From assembly GCF_006345805.1 (NCBI RefSeq), contig NC_043000.1, positions 66,278,001 to 66,342,000 of the forward strand: a stretch of DNA of 64,000 bases, read 5' to 3'. Source of the DNA: Octopus sinensis (taxonomy: Eukaryota). Of this stretch, positions 35,153 to 48,675 are shown one piece after another (positions within the stretch are counted from its first letter, which is position 1; each line of letters starts with the position of its first letter). The position numbers and the translations under genes are program-made. The notes under the pieces were generated by a model, which worked only from the letters and a program-made list of their open reading frames with translations, had not been told where the DNA came from and searched no databases.

Positions 35153-37826
35153 CTAGTCTTGCCGGGTCTTCTCACGCACAGCATACTTCCATAGGTCTCG
35201 GTCTCTAGTCATTTCCTTGGTGAGACCTAAAGTTCGTAGGTCGTGCTTCACCACTTCGTCCCAGGTTTTCCTGGGTCTACCTCTTCCACAGGTTCCCTCA
35301 ACTGCTAGGGTGTAGCCCTTTTGCACACAACTATCTTCAGCCATTCTCGTCATATGACCATACCAGCGCAGCCGTCTCTCTTGCACACCACAACTGACGC
35401 TTCTTAGGTTCAACTTTTCTCTCAAGGTACTTACACTCTGACGATTATGAACACTGACATTACACATCCATCGGAGCATACTGGCTTCATTTCTTGCGAG
35501 CTTACGCATATCCTCAGCAGTCACAGCCCATGTTTCACTACCATGTAGCATGGCTGTACGTACACATGCATCATAAAGTCTGCCTTTTACTCTGAGCGAG
35601 AGGCCTTTTGTCACCAGCAGGGGTAAGAGCTCTCTAAACTTTGCCCAGGCTATTCTTACTCTAGCAGTTACACTTTCAGCACACTCACCCCCGCTACTAA
35701 CTTGGTCTCCTAGGTAGCGGAAGCTATCAACTACTTCTAGTTTGTCTCCCTGGAACGTGGTAGAAGTTGGTCTCTGCACATTTCCAGTGTTTATTTCTCC
35801 TGAGCATCTGCCACATACGAAAACTATCTTCCCAGTTAGCCTACCTTTGACATTGCTGCACCTCTTATGTGTCCATAGCTTACACTTGGTGCACCATATA
35901 GAGTTTCTACCTACACCTTTTTTACAGATCGAGCAGGGCCATCTACCTGAAGTCGTTTGTGGTTGGTCCACCTTCCTACTTATTAGGACTTTGGTTTTGG
36001 CTAGGTTGATTCTAAGGCCCTTCAATTCTAATCCTTGTTTCCACACCTGAAACTTCTCCTCCAGTTCTGATAGTGACTCAGCAATTAGAGCAAGGTCATC
36101 AGCATAGAGGAGCTCCCAGGGGCATCCTGTCTTAAATTCTTCCGTTATTGCCTGGAGGACTATGATAAATAGGAGGGGGCTGAGGACTGAACCTTGGTGG
36201 ACCCCAACCTCTACCCGGAATTTTTCACTGTACTCGTTGCCAACCCTCACCTTACTAGCTGCGTCTCTGTACATGGCTCGCACAGCTCTCACTAACCATT
36301 CATCTATCCCTAGTTTCCTCATTGACCACCAGATAAGGAATCGGGTCACCCTGTCAAAGGCTTTCTCCAAGTCAACAAAAGCCAGGTACAAGGGCTTACC
36401 TTTGGCTAGGTATTTCTCCTGCAGCTGTCTTACCAGGAATATAGCATCAGTAGTACTTTTCCCTGGCACGAACCCAAACTGCATATCATCTAAGCTAACT
36501 CTCTCTCTAATTAACTGGGCAATAACCCTCTCCGTAACCTTCATTACCTGATCCAACAGCTTGATGCCCCTGTAGTTATTTGTATCTAGGGCATCGCCTT
36601 TACCTTTGTAGCAGTTGACTATTATGCTGCTACACCAGTCATTGGGTATGACTCCTTCGTGTATCACCTGGTTAACTATACGGGTGACTATGCTATAGCC
36701 GACACTACCAGATATTTTGAGCATCTCTGCAGTAATTCCTGATGGGCCTGGGGCTTCCCTGTCTTCATGCTTCTAATTGCCTTAGCTACCACGGAACTAT
36801 CAACTCGGATAGCTGGTCCCTCTATTGGGTCAACATTCGGCAGACTCTCTTTATCCCATTCATTTTCCTCATTCAGCAACCTTTCATAGTGGCGTCTCCA
36901 AGCTTCTCTCTTTGCATCCTCATTTAGCGCAAGTGAACCATCCTCCATGCGAACACATTTCTCTCCTACCACATCACGATTCTCTCTCACACACTGTCTT
37001 GCAACACGAAATACCTCAAGTCTTTCATCCTCACGGCGCAGGACATTGGCAAATTTTCTCTTATCTGCTTCCCCTCTGGCTAGATAGACCTGTCTCCTAG
37101 CTTCCCTTCTGGCAGTCTGATACACTTCCCTGCTACCACCGTTCTTCCAGGCCTTCCAAGCCTGTTTCTTTTGTCTAATAGCCCTGTCAACAATATTGTT
37201 CCACCACCACGTTATTTTGGGTCTTAAGGGGACTTTGCACCAGCCACAGATCTGGTCAGCGGCTTTCAGCAGGTTGTCCTTCAGAAACGTCCAGTTGTCT
37301 TCTACCCCATGTGTAGCTATATCCCCTTCCACTTCGTCAAAGGCTTCAAGTAACATATCTCTAAATCTCTGTCCATTTGCAGGGTCTTTAAGCTTCCAGA
37401 CCCTTCTTCTCCATGTTGGTCGTCCTAAAGTCACTAACTACCAGTCTATGTTGTGGAGTGCATTCTTCGCCTGGGAAGGTTTTGGCATTTATAAGCAGCC
37501 ATCTTTCCCTTTTTCTGGCAAGGATGTAGTCGATTTGGCTAGTATGCCGGCCCGATCGGTAGGTGACCAGGTGGCTTGTTGGTTTCCTGAAGTTAGTGTT
37601 GCAGACCATAAGACTATTCGCATCGCAGAACTCCAGCAGCCTGGTTCCCTCCTCGTTGCGGGAACCATAACCGTAGCCTCCATGTACGCCATGGAAGCCC
37701 CCAGCATGTCGTCCAACATGCCCATTGAAATCACCAGCCACAAAGAGAAGGTCCCTGTCGTTCGTCAATGAGGTGGTCTGCAGTAGGGTGTCATAGAAAC
37801 TGTCTTTCTGTCCATCGGGTAGCCCT
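35153..37826 (-). pseudogene. ORF2 (APE-RT with internal PHD finger) of the RTE LINE, broken by two indels
   Basis: ORF track segments 37388-37768, 36688-37434 and 35153-36724 join after a 1-bp deletion near 36755 and a short deletion near 37425. Confidence 0.85.
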
Positions 37827-39851
37827 GGCTACTTCATGCATAAAAAAAAAGTTCAGGATAAAATGTTTGTCTAGTATGCCTGCATGCCTAGTATCAAGGA
37901 AACCTTCATTGTCTAGAAGTATTTCTTAAATATATTTCTAATTTAGGAGGCGTCATATATTTACTTTCCAAATTTTTATTACAATTTAAGTATACTGGAT
38001 AGTGCTCTTCTTGCTTATGAGCTAAAGTAAATTAATATTGCAAAGAAGATTTGATGTTTTTGTTGTGAGTTGATCAGCTTCTGCAGTTTAACTCGCATTT
38101 GAATTTGTAATATTGCATCCAGGTTCTGTAAATCTAGCATTGTTTTTTGCCATTTTCTTCTGTAACAAATTTAACCATTTATACACACACAGGGAATTAT
38201 TATGTCTATAAAATAGAAAAAATAATTAACAAATATCTTCAAAATAACTAAACTTAAAACAGAAACTGAAAGTTAGTAAAGTAAGAGAGTATAACCAATT
38301 GGAAAATTTGAACACTCTGCCACACATTGATGAAACTGGTGTATAACACATTTGTGTAACATTAAGTATACTAGTTGGGGATTAGTAATAGAGAAAACTT
38401 GCTGTAGATTTCACCTAATAAAAACTTGGGAAAAGTTGTCTAGATATATTTTGAGAATATTTGAGTGTTAGGGTAATAATGTATCACATCTGTCAAACCC
38501 ATGACATTTCATATGCTTTGATTTTATGAAATATGTGGTATCTTTTGAAGAGAGGTAGAGGCACCAAAACCCTCCTTAATCAAAGTGCAATCTAGATTAG
38601 TTAACCAGACCTTGAATATGAGAGAATCTAGAATGAAAGAGGAGGCCCTATTCTGGGGTTAAAGAGCAATAGTTTTGTTATTTGTGCTCTCGCAAAAATG
38701 TATGCATGTGTAAATTTAAAGGAAATACAAAGAAAAGTTGTGGACACTAAGTGTAGTGAAATATACATATCTTAATTTAAAACTTTGGTATGTTACTATT
38801 TTACTGTATTAAGCATGATTCTGTAATTGCTTTACAATTACATGGTTTCAAGTTCACTGCCAATGTATAGCACCATGGGCAAATATCTTCTATCATTGTG
38901 TCAAGTCGACTAAAGCCTTGTATGTGAAATTTGGTGGCTGGAAACCACATGGAAGCTCATTGGAGGAATTGTTCTTGGTTAACTTTAACAAGCATTTAAG
39001 CAAGTTCTCTAGTCAGAGGTGACTTTCCTCTCACTGGTCTTGGATGCCCTGAGAAAGCTATGTCTGCTATTTCTCCTCTCCTGACTAATCCAATTAAAGA
39101 AAAAAAAATTCTCAGACTAATTATAACTTTAACAATTATTCTAGTATTTTTGTTCTGGATGCTTGCAGCAAACGAGTAAACTAACACTATATAGTTCAAG
39201 ACTTAATCTTATCAGCTGCTGGATAATTTTGTATTCTCTTCATTAAGCCCAACATTATGCTTCCTCTTACTGTTAGGGTATATTTCAATGAGCAGTATCC
39301 AAGATTTCAATTTCTTGACTAGTTAACTAACAATAACAACTGTGAATAATGTAGACAAGAATATTGTGATTATTTACTAGAAAATCTGCCTTCCACTACA
39401 TTTACATAGTTGCAATTCACACAGACCTGGATGCCCTCCCATATGCATTACCGCTACATCTAAATATATAAGTACAAATCTCTATCCTGTTTGCATCACC
39501 AACTGCTACAAATATACCCTTTACACCAGCTTCAGGGGTAAAAATTATGCCTAAATATTATCCACCATCCTAAATCCATTATCATTCTAACATAGTAATT
39601 TCACAGGCTAAAACTCCTTTTTGTTCTCCAGATTTCTGAAGTAATTCAACTCTTTGATCTTATTTCTTTCATTAAGGACTTTAGTATTCATTTCATTATT
39701 TTGTACAGCCACCATGAAATTCAATAAAAGTCAAATTATTGCATGTATTCCATGTTTCTTGATATTACCCAATGGTAATCAAAAGTAAACTTCTAAAGTT
39801 ACCTGTCATATGATGAGTAATGCATCTTTAGCATATTCAATTTCACAGTTA

Positions 39852-41078
39852 TTAGGTTGTCAAGAAAGTTCTTGTGGTTTTTAACCTTTAAATTCAGATG
39901 CACATAGCTCGGCTCAAACAAAACTTTATTAATCGAAATAAACGCCATCAGAAACAAGTTTATTTATGCCAGTAGCGTAAAAATCCTCCGTTCTGGTGGC
40001 AATGAAGTTGTTGAAGGCGTGTTTGGCATTGTCTTGGTTTTTGAGGCATTTCTCATGCAGGAAGTTGTCGAGATGCTTGAAAAAGTGGTAGTCAGTAGGC
40101 GAGAGGTCTGGTGAGTAAGGTAGTTTCATAGCCTAATTCGTTCAACTTCTGCAGGGTCAGTTGTGTGACGTGCGGCCGAGTGTTGTCGTGGAGAAGAATT
40201 GGTCCTTTTCTATTGACCAATGCTGGCTGTTGTTGTTGGAGTTTCTTGTGTATTTCATCCAATTGCTGACAGTACTTCTCTGCTGTAATGGTTTCACCTG
40301 GATCCAAAAAGCTGTGTTGGATGAGACCGGCTGCAGACCACCAAACAGTCACCATGACCATCTTTTGGTACAACTTCGGCTTCAGGAAGTGCTGTGGAGC
40401 TTCATCAGTGTCCAACCACTGAGCTGAGCATTGCCGGTTGTCGTAAAGAATCCACTTTTCATTGCAGGTCACAATCTCGTCGAGAAACGGGTCGTTCTTG
40501 TTGTGTAAAAGAAGGGAAGACAACACTACAAAATGGTGTTTTTTTTGGTTGTTGTTCAATTCGTGTAGCACCCATTTCTCAAGTATTTTTGTTTTTCCAA
40601 TCTCTTTCAATTGGTTGGAAATTGTCATATATGTTACGTCTAATTCAGAAGCAAGCTCTCGAACAGTTGGCTTCGACTAAGGCTCTTAGTTGATCATTGT
40701 CAACATCCGATGGCTGACCTATCATCTTCAAGACTCTTGGTCACTGCCATAAAATTTCTTGAACCACCATTGTGCTGTACATTCATTAGTGGTTCCTGGG
40801 CCAAACACATCGTTGATATCACGAGCTGTTCAGCAGCTTTTCGTCCTAGCTTGAACTGGAATAAGAAAATTGTGCGAATTTGCTTTTTGTCCATGTTGTA
40901 TTCAATGTTCCGGAAAAAAAGCCTAATTATTCAAAAAGGAAATGAATAACGTAATTAGATAGAGAAAAAAGGGCTTTAAAATGATATAAAGTCAAAGTAA
41001 TTTAACGAAAATTAATTTGAAAATACATCATTTAAAACCAAAATTAAAAATTCCGCAAGAACTTTCTTGACAACCTGA
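39852..41078 (-). mobile_element. Near full-length mariner (cecropia/Hsmar1-like), frameshifted transposase
   Basis: TIR TTAGGTTGTCAAGAAAGTTCTTG / CAAGAACTTTCTTGACAACCTGA with TA flanks; MDKKQIRTIFLFQFKLG, KWILYDN, LLHDNTRPH, YSPDLSPTDYHFF. Confidence 0.95.
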
Positions 41079-41258
41079 TATTAATTTGACTATTTTCTGC
41101 ACTGAAAATAAATCACATTTAAAGGCATCTTTAAAGTAGGATCTGGTAGAAACAATTCTAAGATGTTAGTAAACTTTGGGTTTACATTTTAACTCTTATT
41201 CTATAGATACTAGGTTCTTTTTTAATAAATTTTGTAGCAATAAACATTTTGGTATTTA

Positions 41259-42542
41259 CGAGGGGCGTTCAATAAGTAATGGCCCTGACCCACTTCCCAC
41301 AGCAGTAGAGCAACGAAACTTGGCACAGTTATTAGTCTTTTTCTACATAGGAACCACCCAGAGTTACGAATTTCTCCCATCGTTTGATGCTGCTCTGGAG
41401 AACCGTTTTTGTAGAAGACTCCAGCTTGGTCCTCCAACCACGACGTGACTTCAGAAATCAAGGCTGCATCATCTGGGAAACGCTTTCCTTTCAAAAACAA
41501 CTTCATGGCTGGGAAGGTGAAAATCCAAGGGTGCAAGGTCAGGAGAGTAGGGGGGATGGGGAGGAGTTCATAGCCGCACGCCTGTGCTTCTGATCTGGCG
41601 ACACACGAGTTGTGGACCGGAGTGTTGTCCTGCAGGAGGAGGATGCCTTTGCTGATCTTGCCCCGCCTCTTGATTTTGATAGCTTCTCTTAATTTCCTCA
41701 AAAGGGAAGCATAATAGGCTCCTGTAATTGTGGTACCCTTTGCCAGGAAATCTGTCATCACTACTCTGTCCTGGTCCCAGAAGACTGTGAGCATGACCTT
41801 GCCAGCTGCACCCTTGCCTTCTTTGGAGGAGGTGAGTCACGGTGCTTCCACTGCATTGACTGGGCTTTGGTCTCTGGAGCATAGTGATGGACCCAGGTTT
41901 CATGCTGTGTAATCAGTCTTTTGAAAAATGTTGACTCATCTTCTTGGCACTTCTCCAAATTCATCCTCGTGCACTCGACACATTCTTGCTTCTGGAAAGG
42001 TGTGAGCAACCTGGGAATCCATCTGGCAGACACCTTTTGCATATGCAAATGGTCATGAATAATAGTTTCCACAGACCTGGTACTAATCTTGACCTCATGG
42101 GCTATTTGACGAATAGTTATGCGTTGATCTTCCAAAATGGCAGCCTCAACTTGATGGACAGATGCCTCATCAATGGCAGAAGGAGGGTGACCAGATCTGG
42201 GAGCTGTTTCCACAGAGTTCCGACCATGTTTGAATTCCCGATGCCAGCGTTTTACAAGGTCATATGATGGGGCATCATCACCATAAGTTACTTTCATTTT
42301 ATCAAAAGTCTCCCGTGGTGTGTGTCCTTTCAAATACAAAAACCGGATCACTGCTCGACACTCAACAGGCTCCATTTCACACTTGGCTCAGTTCAAACAC
42401 TTGTAAATCAGAAACCACAATTGGTTCACAGCTGTTATTTGCCACTTATTCTATAGAGATATAAATAATTGCACATGCAAAATTTCAGCTAGATCAAACA
42501 ACTGCAAGTAGGTCAGGGGCATTACTTATTGAACGCCCCTCG
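41259..42542 (-). mobile_element. Full-length-size mariner (irritans/Himar1-like), frameshifted transposase
   Basis: TIR CGAGGGGCGTTCAATAAGTAATG...CCTGACC at both ends with TA TSD; MEPVECRAVIRFL, VSARWIPRLL, ETWVHHY, KVMLTVFWD, LLQDN. Confidence 0.95.
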
Positions 42543-42659
42543 TACAGTAAAATTTTCATTTAATGTTATCTTTTCTGTTATATTTACTTAAATTTTATAT
42601 TTAAATTATTACAGAAATATACTTGCATAGCTAGTGACCTGATCTGAGATCATGTGCTG

Positions 42660-42850
42660 AAACAAAAACAATTGCAGCATGGATGTTTATAAGCCATTTA
42701 AAAACACACAAAAACTGTTAGATTTACTTCAGTATTTAAATTTAATTTGTTAAAATATTTTTGTCGCTTTGAAACCGTGATCTGTTCACTGACAAAATTC
42801 CATGCTGCAGCATGGAATTTTTAAATGGCTTATAAACACCTTCCATGCTG
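42660..42850. repeat. Fold-back/MITE-like repeat containing a perfect palindrome
   Basis: TGCAGCATGGA..TGTTTATAAGCCATTTAAAAA is inverted relative to TTTTTAAATGGCTTATAAACA..TCCATGCTGCA; internal AAATTCCATGCTGCAGCATGGAATTT. Confidence 0.65.
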
Positions 42851-43689
42851 CAGTTGTTTATACTTAAATATTATTTCAAAAAGGAAAAATTCTGCATCTA
42901 ACTGAATTTATTTCTATTAAAATTGTTATCTAAGTTGCTTTATATGTTCAGTCTTAGTTTTAACTTTTATGCACTTGAGAATTTTGAACTGGTAAACAAA
43001 TATGGTCCTGATTGTTTTTTTATCATTTTTTTTTGTTCAGTTTATTTTTTTAATGTTTTTATCTTCTAATCCTTCTCATAAAAAACAGTTTCTGTTTTAA
43101 TTTTGTAAGATTTGAGTTATGCTTAATTGCTCGTAACATCTTTCATAAATAATATATAACAATCACATAGTTATACTAGTAAATCCACACTTAAACATGT
43201 TAGTGTGCTTTGGCCGTGTATGACGAGTGCTTTCAATCAACTTAACTATATGATTGATCTAATTGTGAATAGAGGGGTTGGAATTGAAGGTACTTAATGT
43301 ATCATTAGTATTGTTGCTGCAGCCCTGCTTCTGACAGTCTAAAAAGCTATATGAAACATAGCTTTCAATTCTCCACACTTTGTCATTGGCACACCAGAGA
43401 ATATTCAGAAGGAAACCATCTACATTATCTATAAGCATATCCTTATTGAAAAGCTTCTACTCAGTGATTGTTGGACCTATTTCTTTTGTCCTTTTCCATT
43501 GCTACAGTGCAAATTCTGACTGCAATTTAATCTTACTTTATACATTAATCTCTCTGCTGCTTTTTCATCCTTAAAATTCATATTAAACATTATATAAAAT
43601 TGTTCATTCTGAGAATTGACTGCTTGCACCTCCCATTTTGTCTTCTAATAAGACCAATTTTCTACTCTTGAAACTGTTTATATAATGCA

Positions 43690-44050
43690 GGTGCAGGTGT
43701 GGTAAGAAGTTTGCTTCCCAACTCCATGGTTCTGGGTTCAGCCCCATTGTGTAGTACCTTGGGCAAGTGTCTTCTGCTATAGCCTCAGGCTGAGCAAAGC
43801 CTTGTGAGTGAATTTGGTAAACAAAAACTGAAAGAAGCCTGTCATTTGTGTGTGTGTGTGTGTGTGTGTTTACCCCCCCCCCCCCTGTCACCCAATGTTG
43901 GTGTGTTTACATCCTTGTAATTTAGCAGTTCACTAAAAGAGACCAATAGAATAAGTACCAAGCTTTGCAAAAATATCAAGCATTTGGATCAATAAGTTTG
44001 ACTAAAAGTTCTTCAAGGTGGTGCCCCTGCATGGCCACAATCTAATGAAT
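43690..44050 (+). mobile_element. tRNA-derived SINE with internal (GT)n
   Basis: Head GTGTGGTAAGAAG...GGTTCAGCCCC, body TTGGGCAAGTGTCTTC, (GT)n, 3' AATAAGTACC region. Confidence 0.7.
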
Positions 44051-44544
44051 GAAACAAATATAAAATAAAATATAATTGTCGCTCAATACCAAAAACCTGA
44101 GACACAATTATGCTTACATTCACTCCACACCCATTTCATTATATAGAAGACCTAATAATAACCAAAAAAGTCAACAAATGATAAGAAAAGGAAATATGAT
44201 TTTGTCTTGACCAGAACTCAATTGTTTGAACTAACTGAATATATGGTCAATATTTGAATGCAATTTACTCATGTGACTATTAAAGCAAATATATATCTGT
44301 ATATAAACATATTTCTGTTGCTGTTCATTTTTGTTCTGTAAATGGCTTAATTTTTTGTAGAGCTCATAGTTTGCCCAATATAAGACACATTTAACAGAAG
44401 TGGGCCTCATACTTAATATCTGAATAATTTGCTTAAAAAAGCCAAATTTCACCCCTCGTCTTTGGAAACAAAAAGAGTTTTTAGTATTGTTTAATAATCA
44501 TTGGTGAAGAATGTTTCAGTAATTTCTGAAATAGAGCAAGAATG

Positions 44545-44765
44545 AATATAGCAAATATTGCTACCTAATTTTGGCAGAAGGCCAACAATTTCAAGGGAGG
44601 AGTTTCAGAACCCCAGTGCTCAATTGATACTTATTTTATTGACCCCAAAAGGATGAAAGGCAAAGTCAACCTTGGTGGAATTTTAACTCAAAATGTAAAG
44701 ACGGATGAAATGCTGCTGAGCATTTTGCCCAGCATGCTATTGATTCTGCCAGCACACTGCCTTAA
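44545..44765 (-). mobile_element. tRNA-derived SINE (same family as 21136)
   Basis: GGATGAAAGGCAAAGTCAACC core on the plus strand. Confidence 0.8.
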
Positions 44766-45585
44766 AAAACATGACAAATATTGGTATCTAATTTTTAGAT
44801 GGTGTGAATGATGATGGAGGCACAGACACACAACAGTTAATCAGTCTCTTATAATCCTGCATCCAGCCTGTAAAATATGCTGATCTAACTATACTAAGAT
44901 GCATACATTTTAATCTATAAACTGGAAATAGTTTTCTCTTTTTTGTTATTACTCTTAATCATGTTCTGTTACACTAATAATTCTGTAATAAATATATATA
45001 AAATTTACGTTTAACTATGTAAAATAGTGTAATAATTGCTTATACTAAAAATATTATTTCAAATGGAAAAGATCTTAGTGATTTTCTGTTAATACTTTTA
45101 TCAGAGTTGTTTTTATTGTACTTTTTATTTTATTTCCTTTCTAGTAAGGTAACCTACAAAAACAAATCAATGTACTTGATTCATAATAAAAGAATAACAA
45201 GGTTTTTGAGGTATTTGTTACAAAAGATATCAACTAACAGAAGACTGATATTGTATGACATATGAAAGAAATTATCATAAATTCCTGAAGTACACAATGG
45301 TATACACTGGAGGATGCCAAGAAAGTGAATGAACAATGATCACTGGTATCAACTTACTCATATCCTAATATCATATATCTTGGTGTTTATCAACTCACCC
45401 TATTGAGCTAAACACAGGTAGTACTGATATTACGTAAACAAAATAAAGATAAAGTTGGAAACTAAACTATTTCCGTGCAAATATTTTTCTCATTCCTTTG
45501 TTTACAATAATGTTCAAATTGAAGTTTCAATAATTTACAGAATATTGAGCAACAGAATTTAATGCTCAACTCTATATTTTTGCAG

Positions 45586-45699
45586 AATGATGACTCAGTT
45601 CGGGAAGTAAATATCACAAATATACAAAAGGAAGGTGAAAAAGTAGATCAGTCATATTTTGACTTATTAAAAGTCCTTGGACAAGGTTCCTTTGGGAAG
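45586..45699 (+). CDS. RPS6KA3: RSK coding exon 3 (start of N-terminal kinase domain, Gly-rich loop)
   Basis: [38 protein letters not shown]; TTTTGCAG acceptor and AAG|GTAAGT donor; phase 0-0. Confidence 0.97.
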
Positions 45700-46214
45700 G
45701 TAAGTTTATATGATCAAAATATTTTTCAAGTTTTCACTTCAGCTCTTTCAGCATGATAGTTAAAAATGTTTAATTAGTATGTAATAAGTTATCTAAGTAA
45801 TTATCTAAGTTTGTATGGCTGTGTAAGATACAAAACTATTTTTATATGTAATTGATATATTTTAAGGTTGAATGCATTTCACCTGACAGGAAATTTAATA
45901 TTGCAGCAGACAGGTTTATTACTTAGTTTTCATGCAGTATATTTCTAGTTTCTTGAATTTATTGACTCTATACCTGTTTCAAATTTATTTATATGGATAA
46001 TATTTAATACTGACCTTATCTCAATGACTAGCATGTTAAGTGCTCAGAGATATATGTACTAAGTGAGCTTAGTATTATATTTCAATAAAAAAGACAAAGG
46101 AAATCATATTTTAAAATGGTTGTATGTCTTGGATATTTGATATTACTTTTGAAGTTTTTAAATGGGTGGAATACTAAATGGCTACTTAGAAAATGTACCA
46201 AATTGATATGTAAT

Positions 46215-47183
46215 ACTAGCAGCTAAGCCCGGTTTCATCTGGTCTGTTTGGATGATGTGGCTGTGATCGTTTCCGATTAGGCATAATCTATAACAGCGTT
46301 TCTCAACCTTATCATTTCGGGTCCCCTGTTTTGATTGGAGCCTCCAGCTGTATGAAAATTTCCTGGACCACCCCCCATCCTTGTCAGAAAACAGCTTCAG
46401 GAGTTGTGAGGAACGGATTTGTACATAGTCTGTTTCTGAGAGCTATTCTATTGGACCTCTGTCTAATTAAAACATTGATTTAATTATGAACATAGAAAGA
46501 AATTATATATTAATCCCTATTTTCGTAGGCAGTTGTATCCGTAAAAATTTTATTTGCAGAGAACAGAAATTGAAAGCTGATATATGAAATAGATATGTGT
46601 GCGCGTGCATGCGTGTGTGTATGTCATTGTATAAAATTTTATGATAGTTGATTTATGGAAAAGATTGTTAAATTGTTGAAATGCAAACATGTGAATGAAA
46701 ATTAAGTTCAGACCTCTACATCGTAGCTAGACCTGGTAGAAATAGCAGCCAAATCTCCCTCAAAACACCATACTGTCTTAATCCGACAATTCTGCCTATT
46801 ATGTAGTTTTAATGAGAGACTGTAACTAAAGATTAAGATTATTAACCACACAAAGAGGTAAAAGAAGAGAGACAGCATAGCGAAAGTTTTGGCTGACTGT
46901 CATCCTGTACTGCCCTTGTTGCTAGTGAAATGGTATATGCCGGCTGTGTGAGCAACTGGTTGTTTTAATGGCGGAAGAAACAGGGGAATTCCATTAGAAA
47001 AAGGTTTTAATCGATCTTCTCGGTAACTATGGGGGCTAGGAAAAAATACAAACTGCATTCCAATCTATGCAACCATCTCCACATGTGTGCCATTTTTCAC
47101 GCGAATCCACCCAGCCGTTTGGCTGTAAACCCCAAGACAACAAAGAATACAATGATCACCCATGTCCAATTTGTATTATAGAT
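46215..47183 (+). mobile_element. Non-autonomous Helitron-like element
   Basis: Starts ACTAGCAGCTAAGCCCGGTTTCATCTGG and ends ...CAGCCGTTTGGCTG...TATTATAGAT, terminal patterns I associate with invertebrate non-autonomous Helitrons; no Rep/helicase coding. Confidence 0.4.
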
Positions 47184-48199
47184 ATAAAAGTAGAAACTTT
47201 TTACTTAAAATATTGCAGCAAAGAATGCCATTTCTTCTAATTTATCACTCTTTACAGTTCTCATCTTTTAAATTTATTCTACAAAACTGTTCAGCTAATT
47301 TGTAAGTTTGTCTAATTAGTCACTTTTTTCTGTATTTAAGGTAGTAAATTAGCCAAATTTTACTTACATAAGTATAGTGTTATTTGTAAACTATAATAAA
47401 ATATTTTTTAATATTCAAATTTTAATTTTAGCTGCAATATTTTAAGTAAAATGTTCCTTATCCTTTACTTTACTAGAAGTAATAGCTTGTCCTATACTTT
47501 TACAGGTGTAATAACTTGTCCTGAACTTTTCCATGTTTATAATCTTAAGAATATGACTTTTCATGCTCGCATTTTACCATGTAATCCATGATTTTTCCAG
47601 GCATTGCTGTTATAAGATAATTAATAATGTGTCAATAATTTAAGATTTTACCTTATAAAATACTGAAATATAATATTTCAATTTTTCTATGTAAGTGATG
47701 ATATTTCAATTTTTTTTTGTGTTTAATTTAGATATATGTTGTGATTGAATTATTTGATATTACCCATCCACACCAAATGTTTTGTCTTTACGAAGGTAGT
47801 GGGCAGAAAGATAGATTCTTTTTCGTCATGTGTCAGTGATGAGAGAGTTGAAAGACACCTGTTGTTATGTCCTGTTATTTTTTTTATTGTATATATATTT
47901 GTGTAACATTGTCCATTTTTTCGGTCCTTGATTTTGTATACATTCGCTGCTTTCTTCCAAGGAATCTAATGCTCTTGGTTTAGTTTTTCCTTTGGACTGG
48001 CCAGATTGGAGCAATCTCAAGAAAAATCAGCCGAAATTGCGAGGATAATCTGGGGCTTGACTGAGGAAAGAAAACTTTGAATGACCCGTCCTTGTTTTCT
48101 TTGTATCGTCTATCTCGATGTTTTGTTGTCCCTTTTCGTATCACCTAGCTGTCCGGATGTTTTGCGTTCTTGTCCCATTTTGTATTTTATATATATATA

Positions 48200-48352
48200 T
48201 ATAGCTGGATGCCCATTAGAAAGGGCATCCAGCTGTAGAAACACTGCCAGATCTGACTGGCCTGGTGCAGCCTTCAGGCTTCCCAGACCCCAGTTGAACC
48301 GTCCAACCCATGCTAGCATGGAAAGCGGACGTTAAACGATGATGATGATGAT
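48200..48352 (+). mobile_element. Short RTE 3'-end cassette with (GAT)n tail
   Basis: AAGGGCATCCAGCTGTAGAAAC...CCAACCCATGCTAGCATGGAAAGCGGACGTTAAACGATGATG. Confidence 0.8.
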
Positions 48353-48675
48353 ATCACCAAGTAAGTTAGGGGTTGTGGATCTAACCCACTAAGGGATAAT
48401 ACTTATCCAATATACTGTTGGTATAATACCCAATTACTAATACATAAGGGTTTTTAATTGCAATGCAATAAACTTACTTATTGTATTAAATGGGTAAAGG
48501 TAAAGAAATATTTTACTATTAATCTATATTACAAATAAGAAAATGGAGAAGCATATGAGTTGGTTCATCAGCTTTAGGATATTAAAATGTTGACTTATTT
48601 ATTTATCAAAACGACAACCATAATAACATACATATATACAGTATAAAATTCAATGCATATAAGTTATAAGATAAG

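Larger units (their letters stand above)
34226..37829 (-). mobile_element. RTE-clade LINE, 5'-truncated within the endonuclease, young
   Basis: APE remnant (AGDFNGHVG, QIDYIL, HRLVVSDF), RT (VHQGSVLSPLLF, LLYADD) and RLRWYGH thumb region; (GAT)n tail; TSD TACTTCAT at 34218-34225 and 37830-37837. Confidence 0.95.

Noticed and set aside
48058-48095. CTGAGGA-AAG-AAAA-CTTT-GAATGACCCGTC as a hammerhead
   Set aside because: Position 15.1 is T, and stems I and III do not form properly.
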